From the NCBI GenBank assembly GCA_020444425.1, contig JAHLLB010000001.1:266938-330937 (forward strand): a stretch of DNA of 64,000 nucleotides, in the 5' to 3' direction. A model generated the notes under the pieces. That model was not told the origin of the DNA. It searched no databases and was given only the letters and a program-made list of their open reading frames with translations. Position numbers and translations under genes: made by a program. Below, in pieces: positions 9,126 through 19,899 of this stretch. This stretch comes from a bacterium. GTDB lineage: Bacteria > Electryoneota > Electryoneia > Electryoneales > Electryoneaceae. The stretch's first letter is position 1; each line of letters starts with the position of its first letter.

Positions 9126-11471
9126 TCACCTCACAAGCATCAGCTTTCGGATCGTATCCAATTGACCTGGCACAGCCGCCCGCACGAAGTACAACCCGCT
9201 GGCCAACTGCGACGCGTCGAAGCTGAATTGATGCGTTCCGGCGCCGACCGAACCGTTCGCCAGCTCCGCGACCTGCTGCCCGGCGATGTTGTAGACCGTC
9301 ACACTGAGATCCGACGTTTCGGGCAGCGTGACGGTGATGGTGGTTGCGGCGTTGAACGGGTTCGGTATAATCCCGCTGATCTCATAGTTCAGTGCGGGGT
9401 CAGCTGAAATCGTGTGTTCGACAACTTGTGCATCCCCCATAGCGCCGACAGGACCGACGGTGACATTGTCGACCGCGAACTTCACGAAATGGTACTCGTC
9501 AAGACCCGGGCCGTGGTTTACATACCGTGCCCGGAAACTGAGCCACAGAGTATCGCCGTGGATCTGGTTACCGTTCAGAACCAGGGATTCAGTTCCCCCT
9601 CCTTCGTCCGCGTGCAACCTGATCCAGTACCACGGCCCCGACGGTCCGAAGGCATAGAACGAATCCCCCTCCCCGTTGTTGTATCGTTCCCACATACGCC
9701 AGTCATACCGAATCTCAACTTCACTCAGTCCGGAGATGTCAACCGGCGGGGAGGTCAAACGGCACCCCGGTGGGCCAGACTCACGCACAAACGGTGTTGG
9801 GAACACATCACCATCCGTGATCCAGTTCCATGTATTGGTTGCGCTGGTGTTGGCGACTGTCCAGGTACGGTGGAAGGTATCGTTGAAATCTTCGTATAGC
9901 CTGAAATCGGTGTCTGTCCAAAAGACTCCTGCCGGATTGCTCATGTTGACCTCATGGTTGTCGAACAGAGCCGCGATCCGGTAGTCGTAGTACCCCATTC
10001 CCGGCAACTGATCAACATAGCTGGTGTTGGTAACAGAGGTCAGGTACTGATTATTCCTGAAGATACGGTAGGTGACAAACTCGTCCAGCTCGCCGCCGAA
10101 ATGTGCAGGATCCGGTTCCCAATTCAGCTGAATGTTACCAGCTCCATCATGGGTGACGGCGATATCGGTCAATCGCGGCCAACTGACGTTGATCGTACGG
10201 ATTATCCGAGGCCGGTTGGTGAAGCGTGCGACAACCCGGTAGGTGTAGGTATCCATCGCCGGTAATTGATCGGTGAAAACGCGATTCTGTGTGCTGCCGA
10301 CGAACGTGCTGTCACGATAGACCCGGAATTCAATCAGATCGTTGCTTCCACCCGCCCAGTCCAGTGTTACCTCTCCGTCTTCCGCAAGATCGGCTGTCAG
10401 CGCATGAAGCGGCGGTTGTTCCATCCAACCGACGATACTGCCATCGAGAATGGCGACATCGAGACGTCCATCTCCGTTGAGATCACCGAAATCATGCAGG
10501 CAGTAGGACGAATAGATCGGGAAACTGCTGAAGGTACCATTGTTCGTATTCTTCCAGAAGTGGAGGCCGTTTCCACGCCAGATACCCGAAACGATATCGT
10601 TGTCTCCATCCTGATCAAGATCCACGATTTTCGCGGAATACGTGTAAAGCCTTGAGTTTTCTTTCAACACGTTCGGGAGCGAATACTGCATTGATCCCAG
10701 GTTCCTGTACCAGACCAGAATGTTGTGGTTTTCCACCCCGCCGACAGCGACCAGATCCGGATCGCCATCGCCGTCCAGATCCCCATTGATCAGCGCATCC
10801 CAATCGGGGGGATAGATGTCAAGCCCCTGCGATGTAAAGTTCTGTGCCCCATCGTTCTCAAACCACAGGGCTGGAGCATTATCGATCGCTGCGACAATGT
10901 CATTGTCGCCGTCCATGTCTGTGTCTGCAACATCTACCGAAACAGGTTCTATCTGCGCCAGTAAATGCTGCTCGAACTGAAGCCCACCCATGTTTTCATA
11001 CCAGATCAGCTCCTGATATCCACCAACCAGGTCCATGTCCCCGTCGAGATCCACATCGAAGACACCGATGATGGCATCACTGTCAACAGAGTTAATGACC
11101 TCTACGTCTGGTGACGGAGATCCATTATTTACAAGGATAGCGAGGGTTTGCGAACTGATAATCGCGGCCAGATCCTCGTCACCGTCATTATCAAAATCGG
11201 CGTTGTCACACCAGTACATGTTCTGGAGCAATCCGCCGTAGACAAACCAGCCCGTGCCCGTGTTCTTCCAGTACTGTGACTCGCCGATGGGCACACCCGC
11301 GTTGATCAGGTCGCTATCGCCGTCCTGGTCAAAATCGAGAACAACACAGTCCTTGTTGATACGGTATTCATGGTCAATGACATGCCGCTCCCACTCAGCC
11401 AGAGAAGCGCAGGGTAGAACCGTCAGATACAACGTAGCGAACAGGACCAGCAAGGTGACATGCGATTTCAT
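9126..11471 (-). CDS. Secreted FG-GAP repeat protein with two FnIII-like modules and T9SS-like CTD
   Basis: Start at ATG 11471 (GGGGGA RBS, signal peptide). DxDxDGDxD repeats, FRVYRD/YRIFRN modules, CTD PNPFNAATT...KLMLVR. Confidence 0.85.
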   Translation of the reverse strand: MKSHVTLLVLFATLYLTVLPCASLAEWERHVIDHEYRINKDCVVLDFDQDGDSDLINAGVPIGESQYWKNTGTGWFVYGGLLQNMYWCDNADFDNDGDEDLAAIISSQTLAILVNNGSPSPDVEVINSVDSDAIIGVFDVDLDGDMDLVGGYQELIWYENMGGLQFEQHLLAQIEPVSVDVADTDMDGDNDIVAAIDNAPALWFENDGAQNFTSQGLDIYPPDWDALINGDLDGDGDPDLVAVGGVENHNILVWYRNLGSMQYSLPNVLKENSRLYTYSAKIVDLDQDGDNDIVSGIWRGNGLHFWKNTNNGTFSSFPIYSSYCLHDFGDLNGDGRLDVAILDGSIVGWMEQPPLHALTADLAEDGEVTLDWAGGSNDLIEFRVYRDSTFVGSTQNRVFTDQLPAMDTYTYRVVARFTNRPRIIRTINVSWPRLTDIAVTHDGAGNIQLNWEPDPAHFGGELDEFVTYRIFRNNQYLTSVTNTSYVDQLPGMGYYDYRIAALFDNHEVNMSNPAGVFWTDTDFRLYEDFNDTFHRTWTVANTSATNTWNWITDGDVFPTPFVRESGPPGCRLTSPPVDISGLSEVEIRYDWRMWERYNNGEGDSFYAFGPSGPWYWIRLHADEGGGTESLVLNGNQIHGDTLWLSFRARYVNHGPGLDEYHFVKFAVDNVTVGPVGAMGDAQVVEHTISADPALNYEISGIIPNPFNAATTITVTLPETSDLSVTVYNIAGQQVAELANGSVGAGTHQFSFDASQLASGLYFVRAAVPGQLDTIRKLMLVR

Positions 11472-11533
11472 GATTCCCCCTGAAGTGCTTTGATACAAAC
11501 ATGATACGTGCACGAAGGAAAACAAATCTTTCC

Positions 11534-14500
11534 TTATCTGACCAGCATCAGCTTCCGGATCTCGTGTGATTTACCCGGCACGAAAGCCCGCACGAAATAC
11601 AATCCGCTCGCCAACTGGGACGCATCAAAGGTGAAGCGGTGCGTTCCGGCGGAAACCGAACCGTTCGCCAGTTCCGCCACCTGCTGCCCGGCGATGTTGT
11701 AGACCGTCACGCTCAGCTCGGACGTCTCCGGCAGGTTGACGGTGATGGTCGTCGCGGCGTTGAACGGGTTCGGGTACACCGCGCTGATGGCGAATTCATG
11801 CGGGTGCTGGTTGACGGCGGCAACAGCTGCAATTTCCGTTGCTCCCTCACCGTTGGCAGCGAGGGTAATCAAATTTGCACCGTTCGAGGTCCACTCCCCC
11901 GCTCCCTGCACGGCTTCCCCGTTTCCGGCGATGACGGTGAACGGGAACGAGCCGGTTCCGGCGGCATGCTGCAGGTTCGGACCGGCGTTCAGGGTCCAGC
12001 GATAGTCCCCGGTTGGCGCGAAGGCCGGCACCTCCTGCGCGATGCCGTCCACGTTGATCTCCATCCCCGGTGTGAACAGGAACTGCACGCTGAACACCGG
12101 CCCGTACAGGTTGCCGTTGGGCAGGGTGGCCGTGGTCCAGACATAGCCCAGCGAGGGCTGTGTCGAGTTGACAGACAAGGTCAGATCGTAGTCAAACGAA
12201 TCGCCGCGCGGCACGATGGTCGGTGTGGATGTCGGGACCAGCTCGATCTGGATCGGATCGCTGGCGTGCGATTCGGACTGCGTCCACACCGTCAGCTGGT
12301 TCGTGATGGAGGCGGTTCCGGCGATATCGAGGCTGCCGTCCCCGTTGAGGTCGGACGCATACGCCCAGCTCGCGCCCTCGTAGCAGGTGTCCAGCCGGTA
12401 CTGGGCCCAGGTTGACCCGTCGCCGTCCACGTTCGCCCACCACGTGATGTCGTCAGCGTAGGTCGCTGAGCCATACAGGTCGAGGTCGCCATCGTTGTCA
12501 AGGTCGGCCACGTTGACACAGTTCGCGCCATCCAGCGCGATGTCCACGAATCCAGCGGTCCAGCTCGTTCCGGAACCGTCGGTGTTCTCCCACCACATCA
12601 CCTGATCGGCGAGGTTGAGCGTGCCGGCGACGTCGAGGTCGCCATCGTTGTCCAGGTCGCCCGCTACGACACCGAAAGCACCGTTAATTCCTGTGGCGAC
12701 GACGTGTTCGGTCCAGTTCAGGCCGGTGCCGGACGTGTTTTCCCACCAACTGATTTCATCCGCGAGATAGGCTGCAACGAGGACGTCCGCGTCGCCGTCG
12801 TTGTCCATGTCGGCGAGATCCAACGTGCGCGCGCCAGCGACGTTTACCGCGACGCTGTGTTCTGACCACGTGGAACCCGTTCCATTCACATTTTCCCACC
12901 ACGATACCCGTCCGGCGTCGTAGGCAACACCGGCGATATCGAGATCGCCATCTCCATCGATGTCCGCAACCTCGACCCCGGACGCGCCGTTGAACGAAGC
13001 ATCCACCACTCGCGTGATCCAGCCGGTACCGCTGCCGTTCATGTTCAACCAGCAGACAACCTGGTCACCCGAAGCCGCCGCGCCGATGACGTCCATATCG
13101 CCATCGTTGTCAATGTCTGCGGCGGTGACCGATTGCGGCCCGTCAAACTCGGTGTTTACCGGATGAGCGGACCAGTCCGATCCTGCGCCGTCCAGGTTTT
13201 CCCACCAGGTGATGTCGTCCGCTAAATTCGCGCAGGCGAGCAGGTCGTTGTCGCCGTCCCCGTCGATATCGGCGGCGTAGACGCAGGACGCGCGGCTGAA
13301 CGATTGCGTGACGGGCTGTGCCGTCCACTCCATCGGCTGGTCGGGCACGATATCCGGCTCGATGCCGCGCAGCACGAACTCCTCCAGCGGATCGTCGCTA
13401 CCCGGGATGGCGTCGAGGGCATACCACGTGCTCCACGGTCCGCCGAAGCCATAGTTGATGTGGATCTGGTTGATCGTGTTGCTGATGCGCCAGCCGTCGG
13501 TGACAATCGCGTGGCCGGTGATGTAGTGCCACATCGGGCGTTCAATGTTGATCTCAGCACACAGCATCGCGAACCAGTCCTCCTGGTTCTCAAAGTCGAT
13601 CCGGTACTCGAAATCCATCCCTTCTTTGTAATGGAAGAACTCCCGGAATGCGGTGCGGATGATGTCGACATTAGCTGTGGGAATGCCGGACCCGTCGAGA
13701 CCATAGTTCATTTCGAACGAGACACCGGTCTCATAGCACAACTCCGCGACGGCGGTCATTTCCTCGACGGTGTGTTGCCACGGCTGGCCGTAGGTTGGCA
13801 GGATATTATCCCAGTCGTATGGGTCGCTGAAATCTGCGCTTAGGGTCTGGTTCTCCCACTGATAGCTGTGTGACCCCTCGCCCGCCTGCGGCCATTGCCA
13901 GTAGTGCATGATCTGAGCCGCGGCGGTCGCCGCGCAGCCAACCCACGCGTATTCACGATCAATCACCGGGCAGAAGATGTTGAACGGCGGTCCCTGGTGC
14001 CAGAGACAGTCAAGCAGAACCTGACCGGGCGTGTACTCGTCCAGTTGATTCTCACCGAGCGACGAGATAAACGCCGTCGCGGACGGTTCGGTGAACACGT
14101 CCCACAACCGGCTGTAACGATCCACCGCCTCCATGTCGATGCCATCCCGTGCCATCGCATCACGATCCGGATACCGCTCGAGCACCTGTGCCTTCTGCCG
14201 CAGGATGGACAGCAGCCACGCGCCAGGGGATTCAGGATGGTCGAAGCTGAGCCTGCCGTGTTCGGCGTACGCTTTCACCGGTGGCAGCTCACGGAACGCC
14301 GGGATCAGCAGGTAGCCGTCCGGCTCTACCTCGACGTAGTAGCCGATGATCTCACCGTCCGCTTCCAGCATTCGTTCGAGCCGCACAGTGGCGTTCGCAC
14401 CGGCGTCCCATTCGCCCGTTGACGCCATAAACGTGACATGGTTCCGGGCGACACGTGTGGCTTGTTCCGGTGTGATGTTTCCGGCGAAACTCGAGCTGAA

Positions 14501-14545
14501 CACGAGGATCAGCAGGGATGCAGAGATGAACAGGATACGGCGCAT
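11534..14545 (-). CDS. C10 family (streptopain-like) cysteine peptidase with I69-type propeptide, FG-GAP propeller and T9SS-like CTD
   Basis: WHQG, VGCAATAAAQIMHYWQWP (catalytic Cys), GHAIVTDGW (His), HINYGFGG, then FG-GAP repeats and CTD. Confidence 0.9.
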   Translation of the reverse strand: MRRILFISASLLILVFSSSFAGNITPEQATRVARNHVTFMASTGEWDAGANATVRLERMLEADGEIIGYYVEVEPDGYLLIPAFRELPPVKAYAEHGRLSFDHPESPGAWLLSILRQKAQVLERYPDRDAMARDGIDMEAVDRYSRLWDVFTEPSATAFISSLGENQLDEYTPGQVLLDCLWHQGPPFNIFCPVIDREYAWVGCAATAAAQIMHYWQWPQAGEGSHSYQWENQTLSADFSDPYDWDNILPTYGQPWQHTVEEMTAVAELCYETGVSFEMNYGLDGSGIPTANVDIIRTAFREFFHYKEGMDFEYRIDFENQEDWFAMLCAEINIERPMWHYITGHAIVTDGWRISNTINQIHINYGFGGPWSTWYALDAIPGSDDPLEEFVLRGIEPDIVPDQPMEWTAQPVTQSFSRASCVYAADIDGDGDNDLLACANLADDITWWENLDGAGSDWSAHPVNTEFDGPQSVTAADIDNDGDMDVIGAAASGDQVVCWLNMNGSGTGWITRVVDASFNGASGVEVADIDGDGDLDIAGVAYDAGRVSWWENVNGTGSTWSEHSVAVNVAGARTLDLADMDNDGDADVLVAAYLADEISWWENTSGTGLNWTEHVVATGINGAFGVVAGDLDNDGDLDVAGTLNLADQVMWWENTDGSGTSWTAGFVDIALDGANCVNVADLDNDGDLDLYGSATYADDITWWANVDGDGSTWAQYRLDTCYEGASWAYASDLNGDGSLDIAGTASITNQLTVWTQSESHASDPIQIELVPTSTPTIVPRGDSFDYDLTLSVNSTQPSLGYVWTTATLPNGNLYGPVFSVQFLFTPGMEINVDGIAQEVPAFAPTGDYRWTLNAGPNLQHAAGTGSFPFTVIAGNGEAVQGAGEWTSNGANLITLAANGEGATEIAAVAAVNQHPHEFAISAVYPNPFNAATTITVNLPETSELSVTVYNIAGQQVAELANGSVSAGTHRFTFDASQLASGLYFVRAFVPGKSHEIRKLMLVR

Positions 14546-14738
14546 GTTGGAACCTCATGACGGCATAATGCAATGACGAAGTAACTGTGGAATATAGGTG
14601 TTGCAGCACGTCCACCGAAGGCTTTCTCGAATTCCGAACAAGTTTCTACCGAGATTCGCAGGACTTGAGGCGAGGGTTTGGAGTCAAAAGGGACAGTCAC
14701 CCAACGCGTGAGAGTCCCCTGTTGCGTTCCACAATGTA

Positions 14739-14915
14739 TGTCATCCTGAACGAAGTGAAGGATCAAATGTGTGTCATCCTGAACGAAGTGAAGGATCTCC
14801 ACATGATCCGCACGTGAATGTCGCGTCATTCTGAACGAAGTGAAGAAGATCGGGCTTATTTGACCGTTATCAAAGCTGGATATTCTTCATTCCACTTCGT
14901 TCCATTCAGAATGAC
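14739..14915. repeat. REP-like cluster TGTCAT(C/T)CTGAACGAAGTGAAG(G/A)A: three direct copies and one inverted copy
   Basis: Direct copies at 14739-14764, 14772-14797 and 14825-14847; inverted partner TTCTTCATTCCACTTCGTTCCATTCAGAATGAC at 14883-14915. Confidence 0.8.
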
Positions 14916-14971
14916 ACCCTCGCGCCAACAACCGGCAACCGAAAACCGTTTACCGTTTACCGACCACCGTC

Positions 14972-17953
14972 TCACCTCACCAGCATCAGCTTGCGGACCT
15001 GGTTCAGCTTTCCGGGCACCGTCGCGTTAACGAAGTACAGTCCGCTGGCGAACGGGGACGCGTCCCATGTGAACGCATGCAGTCCAGCTTCTCGCTGCCC
15101 ATGCGCCAACTCCACCACCTGCTGCCCGGCGATGTTGTACACCGTCAGGCTCAACTCAGACGCTTCCGGCAGGGAAACACTCAGCCGGGTGGTGGCGTTG
15201 AACGGGTTCGGGTAGGCCGAGCTGAGCGCATATTCACGGGGTAGCGTTTCGTCCGTGGCAATTTGCCTCTCGTCACCCTGAGTGACGGCGGAAAGCAGCG
15301 TTGCGCCGTTGCTGGCCCAGTCGTTGGCCCCGGCGGCATCCGTCCCGGTAGCGACGACGGTAAACGGGAAACTGTCCCACGCGACCGCGTTCTGCAGGTT
15401 CGGGCCGGCCTTGAAGTGCCACAGGTAGTCGCCGAGTGGCGCAAACATCGGTATCTCCTGCTGGATGCCGTCCACCGCGATGTTCAACCCCGGCGCAAAG
15501 AGGAACTGGACGCTGAACACGGGCCCGTACGACTGGCCATTCGGAAGCGTCGCCGTGGTCCAGACATAGCCGAACGCGGGTGCGGCGGTGTTAACGGTCA
15601 TCAGCAGGTCGTAGCTGAACATGCCGCCGCGCGGGACTTCCAGGCCGTAAGCTGACGGTGTCAAGTCAATCTCAATCGGTCCCGGTCCGTTGGGCGAACC
15701 GGACTGCAACCAGACCATGATCTGGTCGGCGTCGTACGCGGCGGCGGCAAGGTCGAGGTCGCCATCCACGTCCAGATCCGCAACATGCACGCACTGTGCT
15801 CCTCCGAACGACGACTCCACCCGATGCCGTACCCACTCAATGCCGAGAATTCCCGGCTGGTTTTCCCACCACGTCACGTCGTCCGCCAACATCGCCGTTC
15901 CGACCAGATCGAGGTCGCCATCGGCATCCACATCGGCAGCGAGTACGCTGGTGGCACCGTCGAAACTGTCATCGACCGTTTGCGCGATCCATGTGGAGCC
16001 GGTCCCGTCCACGTTTGCCCACCAGCGAATCTGGTCATCGCCGAATAACGCCGCGACGATGTCGTTGTCGCCGTCTCCGTCGATGTCGTCCGCGTAGACC
16101 GCGTACGCTCCATCCGCGCCGGTTTCGACCGTTTGACGGGTCCAGTTAAAGCCGTTTCCGTTGATGTTGTTCCACCATGTGATCTCGTTTTCGCCGTATG
16201 ACGCGGTGACCATGTCCTGGTCGCCATCACCGTCGATGTCTGCCGCGTACGCACCGCGCGGCGAGCCGTAGGACTCGGCGACGGTGTGACGGTCCCAAGA
16301 CAGCCCGTCGCCGTCCTCGTTCTCCCACCAGACGACTTCGTGGTCGTTGAAACTTGTCGCGTATACGTCTGTGTCGCCGTCGTCATCCATGTCCTGACCA
16401 CGGACAAAGATCGCGCCAAAGAAATCAGCTGAGATCATGTGTTCGGTCCATCCGCCGCCGGACCCGTCGTTTTCCCACCACGTGACATCATTGGCCACGA
16501 ATGCGGCGCCGAGCACATCCATGTCGCCGTCGCCATCGACATCTGCTGCTGAGACATCGCGGGCGCCGTTAAACGCAGACACTACCGTGTGTTCCGCCCA
16601 GACTGTGGCGTCACCATTCAGGTTTTCCAGCCAGACGATGCTGTCTTCGATGTAGCTGGACGCCAGCATGTCCTGATCGCCGTCGCCGTCCAGATCCGCG
16701 CTCCACACGCCCGACGCTGCGACATAGTCCTCGACAAGAAGTTGCGGCGCGTCCCACTGAACGGGTTCTTCACCCTGGATCAGCGGATAGATCTCACGGA
16801 TGGCGTATTGTTCGTTGGGATCGTCGCTGCCGGGAATAGCATCCAGCGCAAACCAGGCGTTGTTTGATCCACCCCAACCGTAATTGAAGTGGATGTAGTT
16901 CGTGGTGATTTCGACCCGCCAGCCGTCGCTGACAATGGCGTGCCCCTCGATACGGTAGATCAGCGGGCGTTCATGGTTCATTTCCTCCTGCAGCATCATG
17001 AACCAGTCGTTGGTGTCCGGGTAATTTGACCGGTATTGCACATTTGCGCTTTCACTGTAGCGGAAATAGGTTGGCAGCACCCAAGCGGCGTCTGCCGTGT
17101 GCGCGCCAGACCCGTTGATACCGTAATTCATCTCAAACGCGACACCGACTTCGTAACAGACCTCCGCGACGGCGTTGCTCTGCTCAGATGTATGCGTGCC
17201 GTTGTAGTTGTCGAGTACGTTCGCCCAGTCGTACTCGTCGCTGTAGTCGGCGTACAGCGTGATGTTGTTCCAGTTGTAGCTGTGTTCCCCCTCCCCGTAC
17301 GGCGGCCAGTCCCAGAAATTCATCACCTGCGCGGTCGCGGTCGCGACACAGCCGACGAGGCAATTCTCGTTGTTGATCACCGGGCAGTAGTTGCTGTACG
17401 GCTCGCTCTGGTGCCACGCAGAGGTCAGCATCGCGGTGCCGGGGGTGTAGTCGTCCAGCTGGTTCAGGGTGAGCTCGGTCAGGAAGGTTTGCGTGTCGGG
17501 TGTGGTGAATACATCCCACAGGTCAGCGTTGTGCGCAATCTCGGCGATGTCGATGCCGTCCGCCGCCATGTCGTCGAGGGTGCTGAAGCGGGCGAGCGTT
17601 TCGGCCTTGCCGGCGAGCACACCTTGCAGCAACGCGCCGAAACTCTCCGGGTGGTCGAAGCTGATTCGGCCTTGTTCGGCGTACGCCTTGACCGGCGGCA
17701 ATTCACGGAACGCCGGGACAAGCAGGTAGCCGTCCGGTGCGACCTCGAAGTAGTACCCGATCACCTCGTCGTTCTCGACCAGGGTTCGTTTCAGGTCGAT
17801 GGTCGCAGTTGCGGCACCGTCCCACGCATTGACCGACGCTTTGAACGCAATGAAATTCTCCGCGACGAGAGTGGCTTGTTGCTGATCGATGTTGCCCGCG
17901 AACGCGGATACCGTTACTAGACAGATCCCCAGGATGACGAGAGCGGTGCGCAT
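14972..17953 (-). CDS. Second C10 family cysteine peptidase with propeptide, FG-GAP propeller and T9SS-like CTD (paralog of 11534-14545)
   Basis: Start moved to ATG 17953 ([28 protein letters not shown]). [36 protein letters not shown]. Confidence 0.9.
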   Translation of the reverse strand: MRTALVILGICLVTVSAFAGNIDQQQATLVAENFIAFKASVNAWDGAATATIDLKRTLVENDEVIGYYFEVAPDGYLLVPAFRELPPVKAYAEQGRISFDHPESFGALLQGVLAGKAETLARFSTLDDMAADGIDIAEIAHNADLWDVFTTPDTQTFLTELTLNQLDDYTPGTAMLTSAWHQSEPYSNYCPVINNENCLVGCVATATAQVMNFWDWPPYGEGEHSYNWNNITLYADYSDEYDWANVLDNYNGTHTSEQSNAVAEVCYEVGVAFEMNYGINGSGAHTADAAWVLPTYFRYSESANVQYRSNYPDTNDWFMMLQEEMNHERPLIYRIEGHAIVSDGWRVEITTNYIHFNYGWGGSNNAWFALDAIPGSDDPNEQYAIREIYPLIQGEEPVQWDAPQLLVEDYVAASGVWSADLDGDGDQDMLASSYIEDSIVWLENLNGDATVWAEHTVVSAFNGARDVSAADVDGDGDMDVLGAAFVANDVTWWENDGSGGGWTEHMISADFFGAIFVRGQDMDDDGDTDVYATSFNDHEVVWWENEDGDGLSWDRHTVAESYGSPRGAYAADIDGDGDQDMVTASYGENEITWWNNINGNGFNWTRQTVETGADGAYAVYADDIDGDGDNDIVAALFGDDQIRWWANVDGTGSTWIAQTVDDSFDGATSVLAADVDADGDLDLVGTAMLADDVTWWENQPGILGIEWVRHRVESSFGGAQCVHVADLDVDGDLDLAAAAYDADQIMVWLQSGSPNGPGPIEIDLTPSAYGLEVPRGGMFSYDLLMTVNTAAPAFGYVWTTATLPNGQSYGPVFSVQFLFAPGLNIAVDGIQQEIPMFAPLGDYLWHFKAGPNLQNAVAWDSFPFTVVATGTDAAGANDWASNGATLLSAVTQGDERQIATDETLPREYALSSAYPNPFNATTRLSVSLPEASELSLTVYNIAGQQVVELAHGQREAGLHAFTWDASPFASGLYFVNATVPGKLNQVRKLMLVR

Positions 17954-18230
17954 GATTCTCCCCCTATTCCGCATGGTCCGTTGCCTGAATAATATGATAG
18001 GCGCAGTGGAATCGACGTCCAAGAGCAGTGCCGCTGTTTGTGATAAAAGTGTCTGCGCTGGAAAGCCCTCCAGAGACCCTGTTGACCCCTTGCGCAATTT
18101 TTCACTAAACTTGCCATCCCGCCGCAAGAGGTGCGACGAGTTCAAGTCTCCCCTTGCGGCGGATTCTCTATTTTGTGCACGTTTGTCGCAGTTAATATGG
18201 CCGGAACGGCTGGAAAACAGCGGATTTAGC

Positions 18231-19790
18231 ATGGCGAGCATCGAAGACAAACTCAAAGAATTGCACTCGCTTCGTGAACAGGCCCGGATGGGTGGCGGTG
18301 AAAAACGGATCGAGGCGCAGCACGGCAAAGGCAAATACACGGCGCGTGAACGTATCGAACGTCTCCTCGACGAAGGTTCGTTTGAAGAGTTCGATATGTT
18401 TGTCACGCACCGTCAAAGCGAATTCGGGCTGGACAAACAGCAGTACCTGAGCGACGGTGTTGTCACCGGGCATGGCACGATCAACGGCCGGCAGGTGCTG
18501 GTCTTCTCGCAGGATTTCACCGTTCTCGGCGGTTCGCTGGGCGAAATGTTCGCGAAGAAGATCGTCAAGATCATGGACTACGCGGTCAAGGTTGGCGCAC
18601 CAGTGATCGGCTTGAACGATTCCGGCGGCGCACGCATCCAGGAAGGAGTCTTGTCGCTGGGTGGGTACGCTGACATCTTCCTCAAGAACGTGATGGCGTC
18701 CGGCGTTGTCCCGCAGATCAGCGCGATTCTCGGCCCGTGTGCCGGCGGCGCGGTCTACTCCCCCGCCCTGACTGACTTCACGATCATGGCCAAGGGCATC
18801 AGCTACATGTTTGTCACCGGCCCGAAGGTAGTGAAGACGGTCACGCACGAAGACGTGACGGTCGAGGAGCTTGGTGGTGCGCAGGTACACGCAACCAAGT
18901 CCGGCGTGACGCACTTCGTCGCCGAGGATGAGGACGACACCTTCAACCTGATCCGCAAGCTGCTCACCTTCCTGCCGCAGAACAACATGGAAGAAACGCC
19001 GATCCTGTCATGTTCCGACCCGATCGATCGTCTCGAGGACGACCTCAACTACATCGTCCCGACCGATCCGAACATCCCGTACGACATGCGCAACGTGATC
19101 GAGCTCGTTGTCGATGACAGCGATTTCCTCGAGGTCCGGCGCCAGTGGGCTCCGAACCTGATCACCGGTTTCGGTCGTTTCAATGGGCGCGCAGTGGGCA
19201 TTGTCGCCAACCAGCCGAGTGTGTTGGCGGGTGTATTGGACAATAAGTCCAGCCGTAAGGGCGGAGCGTTTGTCCGTTTCTGCAACGCCTTCAACCTGCC
19301 GGTGGTGACCTTTGTCGATGTACCCGGCTTCATGCCCGGTACGGTGCAGGAATACGAAGGCATCATCCTCAACGGCGCGAAGTTGCTGTATGCGTACAGC
19401 GAATGCACCGTTCCGAAGGTGACCGTGATTACGCGCAAAGCCTACGGCGGCGCGTACGACGTCATGAGCTCAAAGCACCTGCGCGGTGACCTGAACTATG
19501 CGTGGCCGACGGCGGAAATCGCGGTGATGGGTCCGCAGGGTGCGGTGGAAGTGTTGTACAGCAAGGAACTGAGGGAGCTGGAAGGCGACGCGAGAGCGAA
19601 ATTCATTAAGGAGAAGGAAGATGAATACCGCAACAAGTTCGCCAATCCGTACAACGCCGCCAGAAACGGTTACATCGACGATGTGATCGAACCGCGCAAC
19701 ACGCGTTTCCGCATCATTCGCGGCCTCGAATCACTGGCCGGCAAGCGGGATTCCAACCCGCCGAAGAAGATCGGGCTGGTTCCATTGTGA
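18231..19790 (+). CDS. mmdA: Acyl-CoA carboxyltransferase, methylmalonyl-CoA decarboxylase alpha subunit
   Basis: [55 protein letters not shown]; clustered with OadG, biotin carrier and beta subunit genes. Confidence 0.9.
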   Translation: MASIEDKLKELHSLREQARMGGGEKRIEAQHGKGKYTARERIERLLDEGSFEEFDMFVTHRQSEFGLDKQQYLSDGVVTGHGTINGRQVLVFSQDFTVLGGSLGEMFAKKIVKIMDYAVKVGAPVIGLNDSGGARIQEGVLSLGGYADIFLKNVMASGVVPQISAILGPCAGGAVYSPALTDFTIMAKGISYMFVTGPKVVKTVTHEDVTVEELGGAQVHATKSGVTHFVAEDEDDTFNLIRKLLTFLPQNNMEETPILSCSDPIDRLEDDLNYIVPTDPNIPYDMRNVIELVVDDSDFLEVRRQWAPNLITGFGRFNGRAVGIVANQPSVLAGVLDNKSSRKGGAFVRFCNAFNLPVVTFVDVPGFMPGTVQEYEGIILNGAKLLYAYSECTVPKVTVITRKAYGGAYDVMSSKHLRGDLNYAWPTAEIAVMGPQGAVEVLYSKELRELEGDARAKFIKEKEDEYRNKFANPYNAARNGYIDDVIEPRNTRFRIIRGLESLAGKRDSNPPKKIGLVPL

Positions 19791-19885
19791 GATATGAGAT
19801 TTGAGACTTGAGATGTGAGAAACTGCAAGGACATGAAGTTGTTATTTCTCATATCTCATATCTCATATCTCACATCCCAAATCTG
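19788..19885. repeat. Inverted pair of degenerate heptamer runs (TGAGATN)n / (ATCTCAT)n
   Basis: gagatatgagatttgagacttgagatgtgaga ... ctcatatctcatatctcatatctcacatc. Confidence 0.75.
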
Positions 19886-19899
19886 AGGTTCTACGACTC

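Noticed and set aside
9126-15260. Diversity-generating retroelement (repeated 3' gene ends)
   Set aside because: No reverse transcriptase and no non-coding template repeat; the differences are not adenine-specific.
17889-18406. Apparent overlap of the C10 peptidase and mmdA ORFs
   Set aside because: Better starts are 17953 (-) and 18231 (+), which leaves a normal divergent intergenic region.
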